Shown here: one piece after another, positions 1 to 12,300 of the stretch
How positions within the stretch are numbered: position 1 is the stretch's first letter
How the letters are laid out: the number at the start of each line of letters is the position of its first letter
From: Pseudogymnoascus verrucosus
Lineage: Eukaryota
Assembly (NCBI GenBank): GCA_001662655.1
Contig: KV460296.1
Strand: one strand, 5' to 3'
DNA: 32,465 bases
Made by a program: the position numbers and the translations under genes
Notes under the pieces: generated by a model
The model's database searches: none
What the model was told of the DNA's origin: nothing
Seen by the model: only the letters and a program-made list of their open reading frames with translations

Positions 1-1370
1 GNCTGTACCTCCCTCCTCCACTCCTTCTCCCCACCCTCCCCTATCGCCGGATGCCTCATCAACATACTCCTCCCCAGTCTCCTATCCCTTTTCGTCAGTG
101 TCAAAATCCCCGGAACCTCCCCGCCATCTTCACTTCTCCCATTCTGCGTGCCGATGGCACTCTCGAGTTTTACACCCAGCCATCGCAGGCCGGAGACTGC
201 TAGCCCGTCATTCTGGTGCGCTAGACTCGCTGAACCGTGGGCGTAGGTGCTTAGGATTGATATTCCGTGCGGATCATAATCTGTGAGTACGTAAATCGGT
301 GGACAGCCTCGCGTCGAGGACAGGAGATGCAGAAGCGCGCGGGTCGCGATGTCGGGGTATCCCTTTGCGGTGATGAGCAGACCAGGGCCGGCGCGGGATG
401 TGCGAGCGTGGTGCGTGGTAGAGAGGGTGCGAAAAGTGGCTTCTTTTTCAATGACGAGGATCCAATTGCAGATCGGGAAGGAGAGGCGTGATATATCTTT
501 TGTGTTTGGTACGAGGATGCCCTGGGGAGTTGTCAGTATTGTCTTAGACGGGCGAAAAGGCGCGGGGGGGGGNNNNNNNNNNNNNNNNNNNNNNNNNNNN
601 NNNNNNNNNNNNNNNNNNNNNNNNNNNNNNNNNNNNNNNNNNGAAAGCCAGGTCGTCGATGTAGCGGTCGACGATGGCTTGTTTGATGAAGAGGTCGGGG
701 TCGCGGTAGTAAATGTCTCTTTGGTGGGTTAGCAGGGGGTCAGATTGTATCAGGTTGAAGGTGCAAAATGGGTAGTGGGCATTGAGATGCTCTGTTAATA
801 TTCCAGGGCTTAGATGGGATAATCATGAGTGTAAAGTTATGAGAAATCACCCACCTTTTTGTGGTTACAATCCCAGTCACCAACGCTTCATGAGATAGCT
901 CCAATATACGGAGCAAAGCCGCTATGAAATCCAACCGTGAGCATAATTCAACCATTATCAGAACCCCAGAAGCACTTACCAAACTTCCAAGCCTCTTTCT
1001 GAGTCTTTCCCGGAAAGGTGATCTCCTTGGTCTCAACATTCCTAGTATTTCGAATCGCCCCAGTGGCAGCGTCTAGAGTTTGACCGCCTTTTTTTCCTCT
1101 CGACTTGATGTGTAGAACGAGGCACTTCTTTTCGTTTATAATACGGTCAAGGAGAGATTCGAAAATGTCTTCGATTTTGGTTATAACTTCGCCGGCTTGG
1201 AGGTTATTATTTCTTGGAGCTCCTTGGGAAATGAGTTGGCTGTCAGCGTGATTTTGCTGAGATGATACGTTGAGTTGATTCTGGGATATTAGTTTGTCAT
1301 ATGGTGAGTTATGTAGTAACAATCTGTCTGATGAAGCATCTTGATAGAGATTGAGGAGATCATGATCCAT
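1..1370 (-). CDS. SPO11: Meiotic recombination protein Spo11/Rec12 (topoisomerase VI A family); 3' end runs off the window
   Basis: Exons 1370-980, 921-855, 718-~643 (N-gap 573-642), 521-<1. Spliced product reads ...AWKF-AALLRILELSHEAL..TTKR-DIYYRDPDLF..VDRYIDDLAF (catalytic Tyr motif), then Toprim WILVIEKEATFR, LITAKGYPDIATR and LTDYDPHGISI. Confidence 0.95.
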
Positions 1371-1909
1371 TGCTGGATATTTTTTGGTGGATAATTTATT
1401 CCATTGATGAGAAATATATATCCTAGCACCAATATCTGAGAGGTCACCATAAGACGCAGATATTCTCTAAAGAGGAATATATAATTTATTTTTCAAGCTG
1501 CTCAGAATAATATCCTCGGTCTCATTCGTCGGTTCTTTCAATAATCGGTATAATTTTTGAGCCAAGATTCTTCATCCAACAAGGTGAGACAACTTTGATC
1601 CCATCTCTTGACTGACACAAATTCGCTTTGTCAGTGGACATTGACAGCGGCGCTAAGACCACTCCCTGGCTCAGGGGCGGTGTGGCTGTGTGGGACGCGC
1701 GCATCCCTGTCGATCCTAAATTCCCGTCTCCCCGTTCCCCACAAACCAACCACAAGCACTTGTGCTACTCCCTGGATATTCCAAGTGCGAAGCTCCCTGC
1801 GACGCCGTTGAGATAGCCGAGCTGCCTTTAAGAGAGGGCCAGACCTCCGTGCGATATTCAGACAGCTTCAATTGTGTACAATTGACGTCGTTTACTGAGT
1901 TCCTACGCG

Positions 1910-4175
1910 ATGTCGACCAGATCAGGGAAGACGCCGAAGGGCAAGAAGGCCAATGGCACCAGCTCCGCCATGACCGAACATACGGATAAAACCCGCTGGC
2001 GTATGTTGGACGACGATGGACGACAGACATGGCATTACCTGGAGGACGACAAGGAGGCCAAAGCCTGGCCCCAATCGTTCGCCGACAAGTACTATGTTGG
2101 CCTACCACTTGTGCGTACACCATTCGTCGCGTTTTACACCCCTCTTCAGCTATTATTCAGCTACTAACAGCTCCCAGGACGCTCCCGAACTGCCCAAAGC
2201 CAAGACCCCCCTCGAAGCCGTCAACAATGGCCTCGAATTCTTCGAGAAGCTGCAGCAACCCCCCGGAAACTGGGCCTGCGAGTACGGCGGACCGCTCTTC
2301 CTCATGACGGGCATCATCATCACCTGGACCATCACCGACACTCCCATCCCCGAGGCGCACAAGATCGAGATGCGCAACTACATCTTCGCGCGCGCCCACC
2401 CCGAGGACGGCGGCTGGGGTCTACACATCGAGAGCGACAGCACCGTCTTCGGGACCTGCATGAACTACCTAAACCTCCGTCTTCTCGGCGTCCCCGCCGA
2501 CGACCCTCGCGCAGCAAAGGCCAGAGCGACACTGCACAAGCTCGGAGGCGCGCAGCAAAGCCCCCACTGGGCTAAATTCTGGATGAGCTTACTCGGCATC
2601 GCGCACTGGGATCTCGTCAACCCCATCCCCCCTGAGTTCTGGCTCATGCCCAACTGGGTGCCCGTCCACCCGTGGCGCTGGTGGATCCACATGCGCCAAG
2701 TCTTCCTTCCCAGCGGCTACATCTACTCCAAGCGCTGGACATACCCCGAGACCCCCCTAATTCGCGAACTGCAGCAGGAGATGTTCACGGAGCCATTTGA
2801 GACTATGAACTGGAAAGGACACCGTAACTCGATCGCCCCCATGGACAACTTCCACCCCAAGACCTGGATCCTCAACCTGATCAACTGGATTCTCGTGAAC
2901 ATCTGGTTCGCCTTCCTGCGCCCCAACTGGATCAAGACCTGGGGCGAATCCCACGCCTTTAAGCTCATCGAGATGGAAGACGCCAACACCGACTTCAGCG
3001 ACCTCGCCCCAGTGTCCGCGCCCATGAACACAATCGCCTGCTTTATCGAGCACGGCCCCGACCACCACTCCGTCAAGCGCCACATCGATCGCCTCCAGGA
3101 CTACCTCTGGGTCAAGTCTGAGGGTATGCTCGTCAACGGCACCAACGGTGTGCAGAACTGGGACACAGCCTTTGCCATCCAAGCCGTCGTCGATTCCGGG
3201 CTTGCCACCGAGGAGCGCTGGCGCCCTATGCTAACCAAGGCCCTCCACTATCTCGAAGGGCAGCAGATCCGCGAGGATGTACCGAACCAGGCTGCATGCT
3301 ACCGCCAGCAACGCAAGGGCGGGTGGGCCTTCTCCAACAAGGACCAAGGCTACGCAGTCTCGGATTGTATCGCCGAGGCACTGAAAGCCGTAATCATGCT
3401 CCAGCACACCCCCGGCTTCCCCACCCTCCTCGAAGACCAGCGCATCTTCGACGCAATCGACACCCTCCTCACCTTCCAAAACACCTCCGGCGGCTGCGCC
3501 TCCTACGAACCCCAGCGCGGGTCCGAGCACCTCGAGCTACTCAACGCTGCGGAGGTCTTTGGACGCATAATGGTCGAGTACGATTACCCTGAATGCACTA
3601 CCGCCGTCGTGACCGCTTTATCCTTGTTCTCCTCCCACTGGCCTGATTATAGAGCCAAGGAGATCGCAACACAGAAGGCGAGGATGGTGCAGTGGATCAA
3701 GACTAACCAGGCCGCTGACGGGAGCTGGTATGGGAGCTGGGCTATCTGCTTTACCTACGCTACTATGTTTGCGTTGGAGAGTTTGGAGGCGATTGGGGAG
3801 ACGTACGCCAACTCCGGCCCTTCGAAACGCGGCTGCGATTTCCTCGTCTCCCATCAACGTCCTGATGGCGGGTGGAGCGAGAGTTATCGCGGGTGCGAGA
3901 CGATGGTCTACACCGAGCACCCCTCCGGCTCCCTGGTCGTGCAAACAGCCTGGGCTGTGTTGGGGTTGATGTACGCCGAATACCCGGACCGTTCTGTGAT
4001 TGAACGCGGAGTGAAGTTTATCATGGGCAGACAGCAGGCGAATGGGGAGTGGCTCCAGGAGTCGATCGAGGGGGTGTTTAATAAGAGCGCGATGATTAGT
4101 TATCCGAATTATAAGTTTACGTTTGTGATGATGGCGGTGGGGAGGTGGGGGAGGTTGGAGAAGGAGAGACTGGAG
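1910..4175 (+). CDS. ERG7: Lanosterol synthase (oxidosqualene cyclase); stop codon probably inside N-gap 4176-4252
   Basis: Exon 1 1910-2110 (TRWRMLDDDGRQTWHYL), intron 2111-2177 (gtgcgt..ctaac..cag), exon 2 from 2178. Motifs GNWACEYGGP, DGGWGLH, GTNGVQNWDT, YAVSDCIAE, QW repeats (QAADGSW, QRPDGGW, QQANGEW), EGVFNKS..ISYPNY. Confidence 0.96.
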
Positions 4176-4917
4176 NNNNNNNNNNNNNNNNNNNNNNNNN
4201 NNNNNNNNNNNNNNNNNNNNNNNNNNNNNNNNNNNNNNNNNNNNNNNNNNNNAGGGGAGGGACGTAATGGAGGATGCTCTCATTGGTACGATCTGATGGG
4301 GTTACTTATTATGCCCCTTAACAAAATGTCGGTAGTGATAATGAGTCGATGAGCTTGCGTTCCTACGCGGATAATAAAACGGATTTTTCTTCTCTTACTT
4401 ACTCTTCCATTTTGGTTGCTTGGCTTTAACTTCCTTTGCTTGGTAGCTCGGGAAAGCCTGAAGTTGATGCATCAATCTTTAATTACCTTGAAATTCAATG
4501 GTCCTTTATCTAATTATTTTATCGTTCTCAGGAAATCACGGCTTCACCAACATAATCCACCAAGCCGTCTCATTCAGTGATAACCTCCAGAAGAGATTCT
4601 CAATTATCTTAAGCATATGGTCGTATGTGAACATTCTCAGAGATATGGTCAACGTTCTTTGAAAACACCACTCCTTCGCTTTCTGACGGATGCGATCTCG
4701 GTTAGCCTCGGTCGTACATATCAGACACGCCTTTTAACTGACAAGCAAATGCGGCCCGCACATGGCGCTCGTTGCTTATCCCGGCACGCCTTCCACTTGA
4801 CAAGCTAATGCCGCCAGTTATAAATATCAAGTCACATTATAAGAAGCATTATTGGCGAGACTGCACTTTAATACTGTACTACCCAACACAATCTTCTTTT
4901 TGTTTCGCGCAGATACA

Positions 4918-6368
4918 ATGGCTTCAAGCCATGATGCCCAGGTTGATACGCCATCTTACCCGCTGAGCCTGTCTTCAGCAACGGCGACAGGTGTTGAACC
5001 ATTAGAAAACGACCTAGACTACCCTTCAAATAGCAATGAGGGGTTTTCCCTGTCTCCTACTGATGGAGGCAAAGATGCCTGGTTATGTCTGTTCGCCTGC
5101 TTCATGCTAGAGGCGTTGATATGGGGTTCATTCCCTTACCTTTTAGAAGTGTTTAAGACTAATTCACTTAGGTTTTCCATCCTGCTATGGTGTTTTTCAA
5201 GAATATTATAGTACTAGCGACGAGTTTGCTGGATCAAGTAACATACCTGTCGTTGGGGCCTGTGCTATGGTACGTCTGCATAATAGACTAGAAAGACACC
5301 TGAGGCTAATAGAGAAGCTAGGGTATCATGTATATGGATATTAGCATCTGGTTCGCCGTCCTGAAATACTTTCCAAATTTCCGCAGGTGGGCGACGCCAG
5401 TCGGCCTCGCCATCGTTTGTCTCGCATTAGGCCTTGGGTCATTCGCAACTAACGTGGGCCATCTTATCGTCACGCAAGGCATCATTTATGCCCTCGGCGG
5501 AGGTCTGGCTTGGGCTCCTGTTTTGTTCTACATCGAAGAGTGGTGGGTGCGGCGTCGAGGGTTTGCTTATGGCACAACCATGGCAGGCCTGGGTTTGAGC
5601 GGTGCCATCCTTCCGGTTGTTCTAGAATGGCTACTTAATTCTTACGGCTTTCGAACAACTCTACGCGTCTGCGCCCTTAGCTTTGTCGCCTTGAACCTTC
5701 CGGTCTTGTTTTTCTTCAAACCACGACTTCCTCTTTCACAGACAACTCAATCGAGAAGCTTCGACATGTCATTCTGGACTTGCTCAAATTTTCTGATCCT
5801 GCAGTCGGCAAACATCATCCAGAGTCTTGGTTACTTTATTCCCGGTATTTATCTCCCAAGTTTTGCGCGTTCAATTGGTGCTAGCAGCATCGAAAGCACA
5901 GCCACGGTTGTCCTTATAAATGGCGCCGCGTTCTTTGGGTGCCTGTGTATGGGCATGGCAGTTGATAAATATCATGTTGTTAACTGTCTACTGGTCTCCG
6001 CTATCGGCTCGGCCGCTGGTGTCATCCTACTTTGGGGGTTTTCTTCATCGCTGGGAACACTTTATACCTTCTGTCTCGTTTATGGAGTATTTGCTGGATG
6101 CCAATCGAGTGCCTGGAGTGCTGTCGTTCGTGACACGATAGAGAAGCACAGAGGTGCGGACTCTGGCATGGTATGGGCATGCTTATCCGCTGGAAGGGGA
6201 GTGGGTAATTTATGCAGTGGTCCATTCTCGGAAGCTCTCTTGCACTCAGGTAATTGGAACGCGGCGTTGGCATACGGTAGCGGCTATGGTGCACTCATCG
6301 CCTTCACAGGTGCTACTGCTTTTTTAAGCGGCTGGGGCTATGCTGCGAAGAGAATTGGATGGCTATGA
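4918..6368 (+). CDS. MFS monocarboxylate-transporter-like protein (Mch/MCT family)
   Basis: Exons 4918-5125, 5172-5269, 5322-6368. Contains PTDGGKDAW..LIWG-FPSCYGVFQEYY, EEWWVRRRGFAYG, and multiple hydrophobic helices. Confidence 0.88.
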
Positions 6369-6732
6369 GACCGGGAATTCTGTGTTTTGTCGTGATGTAC
6401 AATACGGAACTAGCTGGGCGGAATGACAAAGTGGAATAATTATTGTTGTATGTCCTAACGGATCGATTTGACATATTGTGCGAGTGGAACGGACCTTCAA
6501 CATATTGCAACCTAACTCCCCGATCTCCCAATTAGCGCTTGGCATGAGCATACCTTACCAGAGTTTTATACTAATCTACTGCCGTCACTGCTTTACAACC
6601 TTTCGTAGGAAAAGGTAGTTGCTCGACTGCGTACTACTGTAACCACAGTCGTGTGACGGTCATAGGGCTCCACACAGCCGCGGTACAGAATAGCAACCGC
6701 ACTACATTTGTATAAAACTCCGGTGGGTTAGA

Positions 6733-6770
6733 CCCAAGTACTCCGAGTTATTGCCTCGGAGCACTTAGGG
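6733..6770. promoter_or_regulatory. Imperfect inverted repeat with everted CCG-N11-CGG core upstream of the GH35 gene
   Basis: CCC-AAGT-a-CTCCGAG-ttattgc-CTCGGAG-c-ACTT-a-GGG, located between a TATAAAA (~6711) and the start codon. Confidence 0.4.
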
Positions 6771-6876
6771 CCAACCACAGTTGCACCACCCTGGCTTCAA
6801 AGGATAGTGCGCTGGCAAGGTAGAACAAACTGGACGATTTCCCGCGTTCATAAGATGGAACTTCCCAAAATTTGCN

Positions 6877-8610
6877 NTGGAAGCTACAACATCCCAAATC
6901 CCTTATTTGGAGAAGCTTGACTCATCATGGCAGCTTTGGGTAGACGGCAAACCCTTCTTGATCCTCGGCGCTGAGCTGCAAAATTCGTCCATGAGTTCTG
7001 CGAGATACATGGATGGTATCTGGAAGAATTTGGTAGATATGGGAATTAATACGGTTTTCGGTCCGGTTACATGGGAGGATATCGAGCCTGAGGAAGGAAA
7101 GTTTGATTTCAATGAGATTGAAGCAGTTATTGCAAGCGCCAAAGCGTACGGCCTCCGTTTGATTCTTCTCTGGTTCGGGTCCTTTAAAAACGGTACACTC
7201 CTATTTTGTCACTTGAGATTGTTTACTTCTAACAGTAGAACAGGAATGTCTACATACGCACCAAGCTGGGTTAAAAAAGACGCAATTCGGTTTCCTAGAA
7301 TGCTTCTACAGGGAGATACCGGAAAACTGACAAACTCTGGCGTGCTATCGATATTTCACTCAGAGTGCCTTGAGGCCGACCTGAAAGCATTTGCCAAGCT
7401 GATGGAATACCTGAAGAGAGAAGATCGATACCGCACTGTGATCATGGTACAAGTACAAAACGAGGTTGGACTTCTAGGCGATTCCCGAGATCGTAGCCAG
7501 GTGGCAAATGACATCTTTAACGCGCCCGTGCCAGGTGAAATTGTCAAATTCATTGCAGAGGATTGGGAGGCCTTGCTCCCAGACTTCCAAAACAATTTTC
7601 CTGGTATCCTAAAGGTGATTCAGAAGTATGCATCGAGTCCAGACATTCCAGACTGGAAGGCCCTCTTTGGCGATTCGGAGGCCACAGATGAGCTTTTTAT
7701 GGCGTATCACTATGCCCTTTATCTGGAAAAAATAGCTTCCGAGGGGAAGAAGATATACGACATCCCATTTTTTACGAACGTATGGCAAAAAAACCCAAAT
7801 GCTGATGCTGTAGCAGGAGGTGGAGGTACACCTGGAGTGTATCCTTCAGGAGGAGGAGTACCGGAGGTCCTTGACATATGGCAAAAATTTGCACCATCTC
7901 TCAATTGTATTGCACCAGATATCTACCTTAACGATTACTCGGCTACATTGGCAAAGTATAGGCATCGTGGTCAGCCGCTACTTATCCCAGAACAGCGGAG
8001 AGACGAGTACGGAGCGCGAAGAATCTGGGAAGCATTTGGGACTTATCAAGCACTAGCGGCGAGCCCCTTTGGCATTGATACCTTGAAAGCGGTCAACTCA
8101 CCTTTCACCAAACACTATAAGCTGCTGGATTCGATATCGCATTTTGTCCTCAAAGCACAACGGAACCCTAACTCAATGGTTGGCTTCTTTTTCGACGAAT
8201 TACAAGAAGATGGGAGCGATTTGAACCCTCCAAGAGCGATACGTATGGGAAAGTATGACCTGAAAATAAGTCGAGCATTTGTATTTGGTACGCCAGGCCC
8301 TGGTGCTGGCATTGTCATCCAGTTGGAGAGTGAGCGGTTTCTGCTTGTCGGATGGGGATTCAAGGTAGAGTTTAAGGCAACCTCGCCGAGATCTACACTT
8401 ACAGGCATACTACGATTTGATGAGAAAAGCGTGGTCGACAAAGTAACAGGCATGTTGCGCACAGAGCGGAGGTTAAATGGGGACGAGACGCGCAGTGGGG
8501 CTTGGGCCAATATGCCAAATGATCAGCCGGACCCAGGGAATATTCCCATTCCTATTACGATACCTGCGCGGACTATGATTGCAGAGGTTTCAGTCTTTTC
8601 TTTGGAATAA
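6877..8610 (+). CDS. GH35 beta-galactosidase of the bacterial-like (DUF5597 C-terminal) type, no signal peptide
   Basis: Probable start NTG at 6877 (first base is N) gives MEATTSQIPYLEK..QLWVDGKPFLILGAELQNSS. A 51-nt intron 7193-7243 restores LLWFGSFKN-GMSTYAPSWVK. Acid/base MVQVQNEVG, YPSGG, APDIY, nucleophile PLLIPEQ, RRLNGDE. Confidence 0.88.
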   Translation, partial: XEATTSQIPYLEKLDSSWQLWVDGKPFLILGAELQNSSMSSARYMDGIWKNLVDMGINTVFGPVTWEDIEPEEGKFDFNEIEAVIASAKAYGLRLILLWFGSFKNGTLLFCHLRLFTSNSRTGMSTYAPSWVKKDAIRFPRMLLQGDTGKLTNSGVLSIFHSECLEADLKAFAKLMEYLKREDRYRTVIMVQVQNEVGLLGDSRDRSQVANDIFNAPVPGEIVKFIAEDWEALLPDFQNNFPGILKVIQKYASSPDIPDWKALFGDSEATDELFMAYHYALYLEKIASEGKKIYDIPFFTNVWQKNPNADAVAGGGGTPGVYPSGGGVPEVLDIWQKFAPSLNCIAPDIYLNDYSATLAKYRHRGQPLLIPEQRRDEYGARRIWEAFGTYQALAASPFGIDTLKAVNSPFTKHYKLLDSISHFVLKAQRNPNSMVGFFFDELQEDGSDLNPPRAIRMGKYDLKISRAFVFGTPGPGAGIVIQLESERFLLVGWGFKVEFKATSPRSTLTGILRFDEKSVVDKVTGMLRTERRLNGDETRSGAWANMPNDQPDPGNIPIPITIPARTMIAEVSVFSLE

Positions 8611-8878
8611 AAGACGAATGGGTTTAGAGTAGACTTTTGAAAAGGAGAGTCGAAATTGTATAGTTTAGTTCTTGAGGCCGAATTATATTATGGAGTGTCT
8701 CTTCAAAAGAAACCCTCCGATGAGTGTTTATCTCGTCTCCTTTCCTCAACAGGCTTGCTGGAGCTGGAGGTGAAGGCGTGGACTTTCCGCTTGGTGATCG
8801 CCGTCAAGGCCAACTATGCCCGTTGGGGTGTAGGGTCGACGTCCTCTTGCGGCTAGTAAGCCGCTCAGCGAAAAGACG

Positions 8879-8890
8879 CCGCGGAGTAAT
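8879..8890 (+). promoter_or_regulatory. Candidate cluster-regulator site CCGCGGAGTAAT (GH2 promoter)
   Basis: Exact reverse-complement copy at 15271-15282; one- and two-base variants at 17540 and 9094. Confidence 0.55.
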
Positions 8891-9093
8891 TATGGGGTGG
8901 GTGGGCATTTGATTGGGATTGCCAGCTATGGGACCCGTAAGTTCCGAGCTTAATTCTCCGGGGTAGGAGCATACATTCTCATCTTGGGACGAAAATAAAT
9001 CAAGAACCTATATTTAACTCCCCTATTACATAACTTAATCCTGCTTTTGATCTCGGAAAAATTGAAGTCGTTCGAGCGGTCTAATACGACCCT

Positions 9094-9105
9094 CCGCGGG
9101 GAAAT
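9094..9105 (+). promoter_or_regulatory. Candidate cluster-regulator site CCGCGGGGAAAT (GH2 promoter)
   Basis: Matches CCGCGG(A/G)G(A/T)AAT seen in other cluster promoters. Confidence 0.5.
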
Positions 9106-9368
9106 TTCCATTGATATCAACATCCCATCACCCTTTAGGTAACGCTAAAAATGAATTGATCGCTATGGGGATGTAAACGACATCGAAGAGTCTAGTCGGC
9201 ATCTTCTAGCACGTGAATGAGTAATTCGAATCAAACTCGGCCTTGACTTCTACCACAGCTACTTAAATGTTCTTCAACTTACAAAATTGGTGGTCATTAC
9301 TTGCAAGATTTTACGAAGGGTCATTTTGAGCATTCCCAGATCGTGTCTTCCCTGTTCTCTCCTGTACC

Positions 9369-12300
9369 ATGGCGAATAGATTTCCGTCTTCGAGGCCTGA
9401 CTGGTCTAATATAGATGTTATACATCGTGGTTTGCTTCCCCCACGATCTTACTTTTTCCTGTACGAAACTGAGTCCAGTGCTCTCAACGGCAGTCGAGAT
9501 CTGTCGCAGTCGATCAACTTGAGCGGCGTGTGGAAGTTTCATCATAGCGCCAACCCCTTTGAGGCACCCGGTCAGTTCGAGAACCCAACAAATGACACAA
9601 CAAATTGGAAAGATATTCGAGTTCCAGGTCATTGGCAGCTTCAAGGGTGGGGTAAACCTCATTACAGCAATATCAACTACATCATCCCTGTGGATCCGCC
9701 AAACGTGCCATTCGATGCCAATGAGACTGGCAGTTATGTTACGAAATTCAGTGTACCAACAACCTTTACAGATGAACAGCTACGGCTTCGATTTGAAGGT
9801 GTAGATTCTGCATTTCACGTCTATGTAAACGGTGTTATGGTTGGTTACTCGCAAGGTTCCCGAAACCCCGCAGAGTTCGATATCATGTCTACAGTCAAGA
9901 TGGAGGAGGAGAATGTACTAGCTGTACGGGTTTATCAATTCTGTGATGGCACGTATCTGGAAGACCAAGACCAGTGGCGAATGAGTGGCATCTTCCGCGA
10001 CGTACTACTTCTTGCGTTCCCAAAAGATCATATAAAAGATTTTCAAGTTCAAACACTACTCGATGACGATTTCAAAAATGCGTATCTCAAAGTAAAGGTC
10101 ACCACGGAGGGTCGGGGCTTAATCGACCTCAAGCTTCTCGACTCGAGAGGAGTTACCATCGCTACGGAGTCAATGCAAGGCAGTGACCATCCAACCGTTT
10201 TCAACATCGCGATGACCGAGCCCAAAAAATGGAGTGCAGAAGACCCTTATCTTTACAAGCTTATTCTCTCTTTTGGCGGTCGTTTCATCGCCCAGAATGT
10301 TGGCTTTCGTACGGTGGAGATCAAAGACGGAATCTTTAAGGTTAATGGCAAGAGAATTGTCTTGCGTGGTGTCAACAGGCATGAGCATCATCCTATGCAT
10401 GGTAGAGCGGTTCCTTACGACTTCATGAAACATGACTTGCTTCTAATGAAGAAATACAATATCAATGCTATCCGGACGGCTCATCAACCCCCAGACCCAA
10501 GATTTTTCAGTCTCGCGGACGAGTTGGGCTTTTGGGTTATTGATGAGGCAGACCTTGAATGTCATGGCTTCAGTGCTATTGATAAGCTAATGTTGTCCGA
10601 CGACGAAAAGAAACTGCCGTATGCAGAAAAGATAAATCTAATCTACACTCGCCCAGGACGGTTCACTACTGACAACCCTGCCTGGAAAGGTCAACATGTT
10701 GACCGCGCAGTACAACTGTGCATGAGAGACAAAAATCATCCCTCGGTGGTGATGTGGTCTCTTGGGAACGAAGCATTCTATGGGTGCAATATTAAATCTA
10801 TGTACGATGCCATTAGAGCTCTTGATACTACCCGGCCTATCCATTATGAAGGAGATAGACAGGGAGAAACCGTTGACCTGCTGTCGAAGATGTACCTGAG
10901 TATTGAGGAACTGATTAGTTTCGGCAAAGAGCCCAACTTCACAAAGCCATTAATACTATGCGAGTACATCCATTCAATGGGAAACGGGCCGGGAAATATA
11001 AAGGAATACATCGACACCTTCTATGAATATCCTCGCTTGCAGGGTGGCTGCGCGTGGGAATGGGCGAACCAGGGACTGACGGCCAACACCCCAAACAGTG
11101 GCCCATTCTACGCCTATGGAGGAGACTTCAATGACGAACCAAATGACTCTACTTTTGTTTTAGATGGGATGTGCTTTTCTGATCATACACCGACACCAGG
11201 ACTGGTCGAGTACAAGAAAGCGATAGAGCCAGTGCAGCTTAAGGGTATTGCAGGTGGAGAAGTCACGATTGTGAATCGATACGATCTTGTCACCTTGGAT
11301 CACCTTAAATGCCACGGGTTCCTAGTTGCGGATGGGCACAAAAGGTTTCTTGGAGAGATTCTCATCCCAACAGATATTCATCCTCATACGACGGCAGAGT
11401 TGGCACTGCCACCGTTGGACACCTTTGGAATCGAAGGAGAGATTTACCTTGAACTTAATTTTACGTTGAAAGACGCAACCATATGGGCAGACAGGGTCCA
11501 TAATGTATCGTCTTCGCAACTTCAACTGTGTGCCCCTGTCAAAGAAGCGTCTAGAGACGCAGCAGATAATATGCCGCCACCAACTCTCCACAAAACACCC
11601 ACTACTTTGATCATTGCTGCAGCAGAGTCAACATGGATTTTCTCAACCATATCAGGCAAGGTTATCTCCTGGAAAAAGTATACAACCGAGCTTTTCCACT
11701 CAAGCCTTGGTCCCGAATTTGATGTCAACCGCGCTGAGACAGACAATGATCGCCGGCATGATGCTGTAGACTGGAAGGAGAAGTTCATACATCTAAGCAA
11801 AGGATACACAAAATCGGTGGAATGGTCTATAAATGCTTCGGATTCTTCGATTGGGGTCATTGTCGAAACCAGGCTTGCGCCGCTGGCTTTGTCTTGGTAC
11901 ATTAATATCACAACGAAATATACTTTCCAGAGCGACGGTTCACTAAATATCCATTGTAGCGGCAACCCAGGAGGAGAGACCCTTCCGCTCACGCTACCTC
12001 GCATTGGATTCACAATGGGTCTACCACAATCCTTTAATAAAGTCGAATGGTTTGGCCGTGGCCCAGGAGAGAGTTACAAGGACAAGAAGCTTTCACAGCT
12101 TTTTGGGAATTGGACTTCTACTGTGGAAAACCTCTTCACAAACTATGAATTCCCGCAGGAGGGGTCGAACCGCACCGATGTGCGATGGGTAAAGCTTGAC
12201 TCCGGCGAGGCTAGTATAAAAGCGAAGTTTGGGAAACAAGACGGCTTCAGCTTTACGGCTACCTACTATACGTGGAAAGATCTGTACGAATCTAAACATC

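Noticed and set aside
3350..3380. SDCIAE instead of DCTAE in the cyclase, suggesting a secondary-metabolite triterpene cyclase
   Set aside because: Lanosterol-type specificity residues are retained (His in WWIH, Thr in GTNG, Val in YAVSDC). The gene has core-like codon usage and no P450 or other tailoring genes are adjacent.
4176..4352. C-terminal extension of ERG7 in the ORF track
   Set aside because: Read-through of an N-gap; homology ends before the gap.
8656..8912. Short ORFs in a GC-richer patch between GH35 and GH2
   Set aside because: No recognisable domain or splice structure in any frame; treated as promoter sequence.
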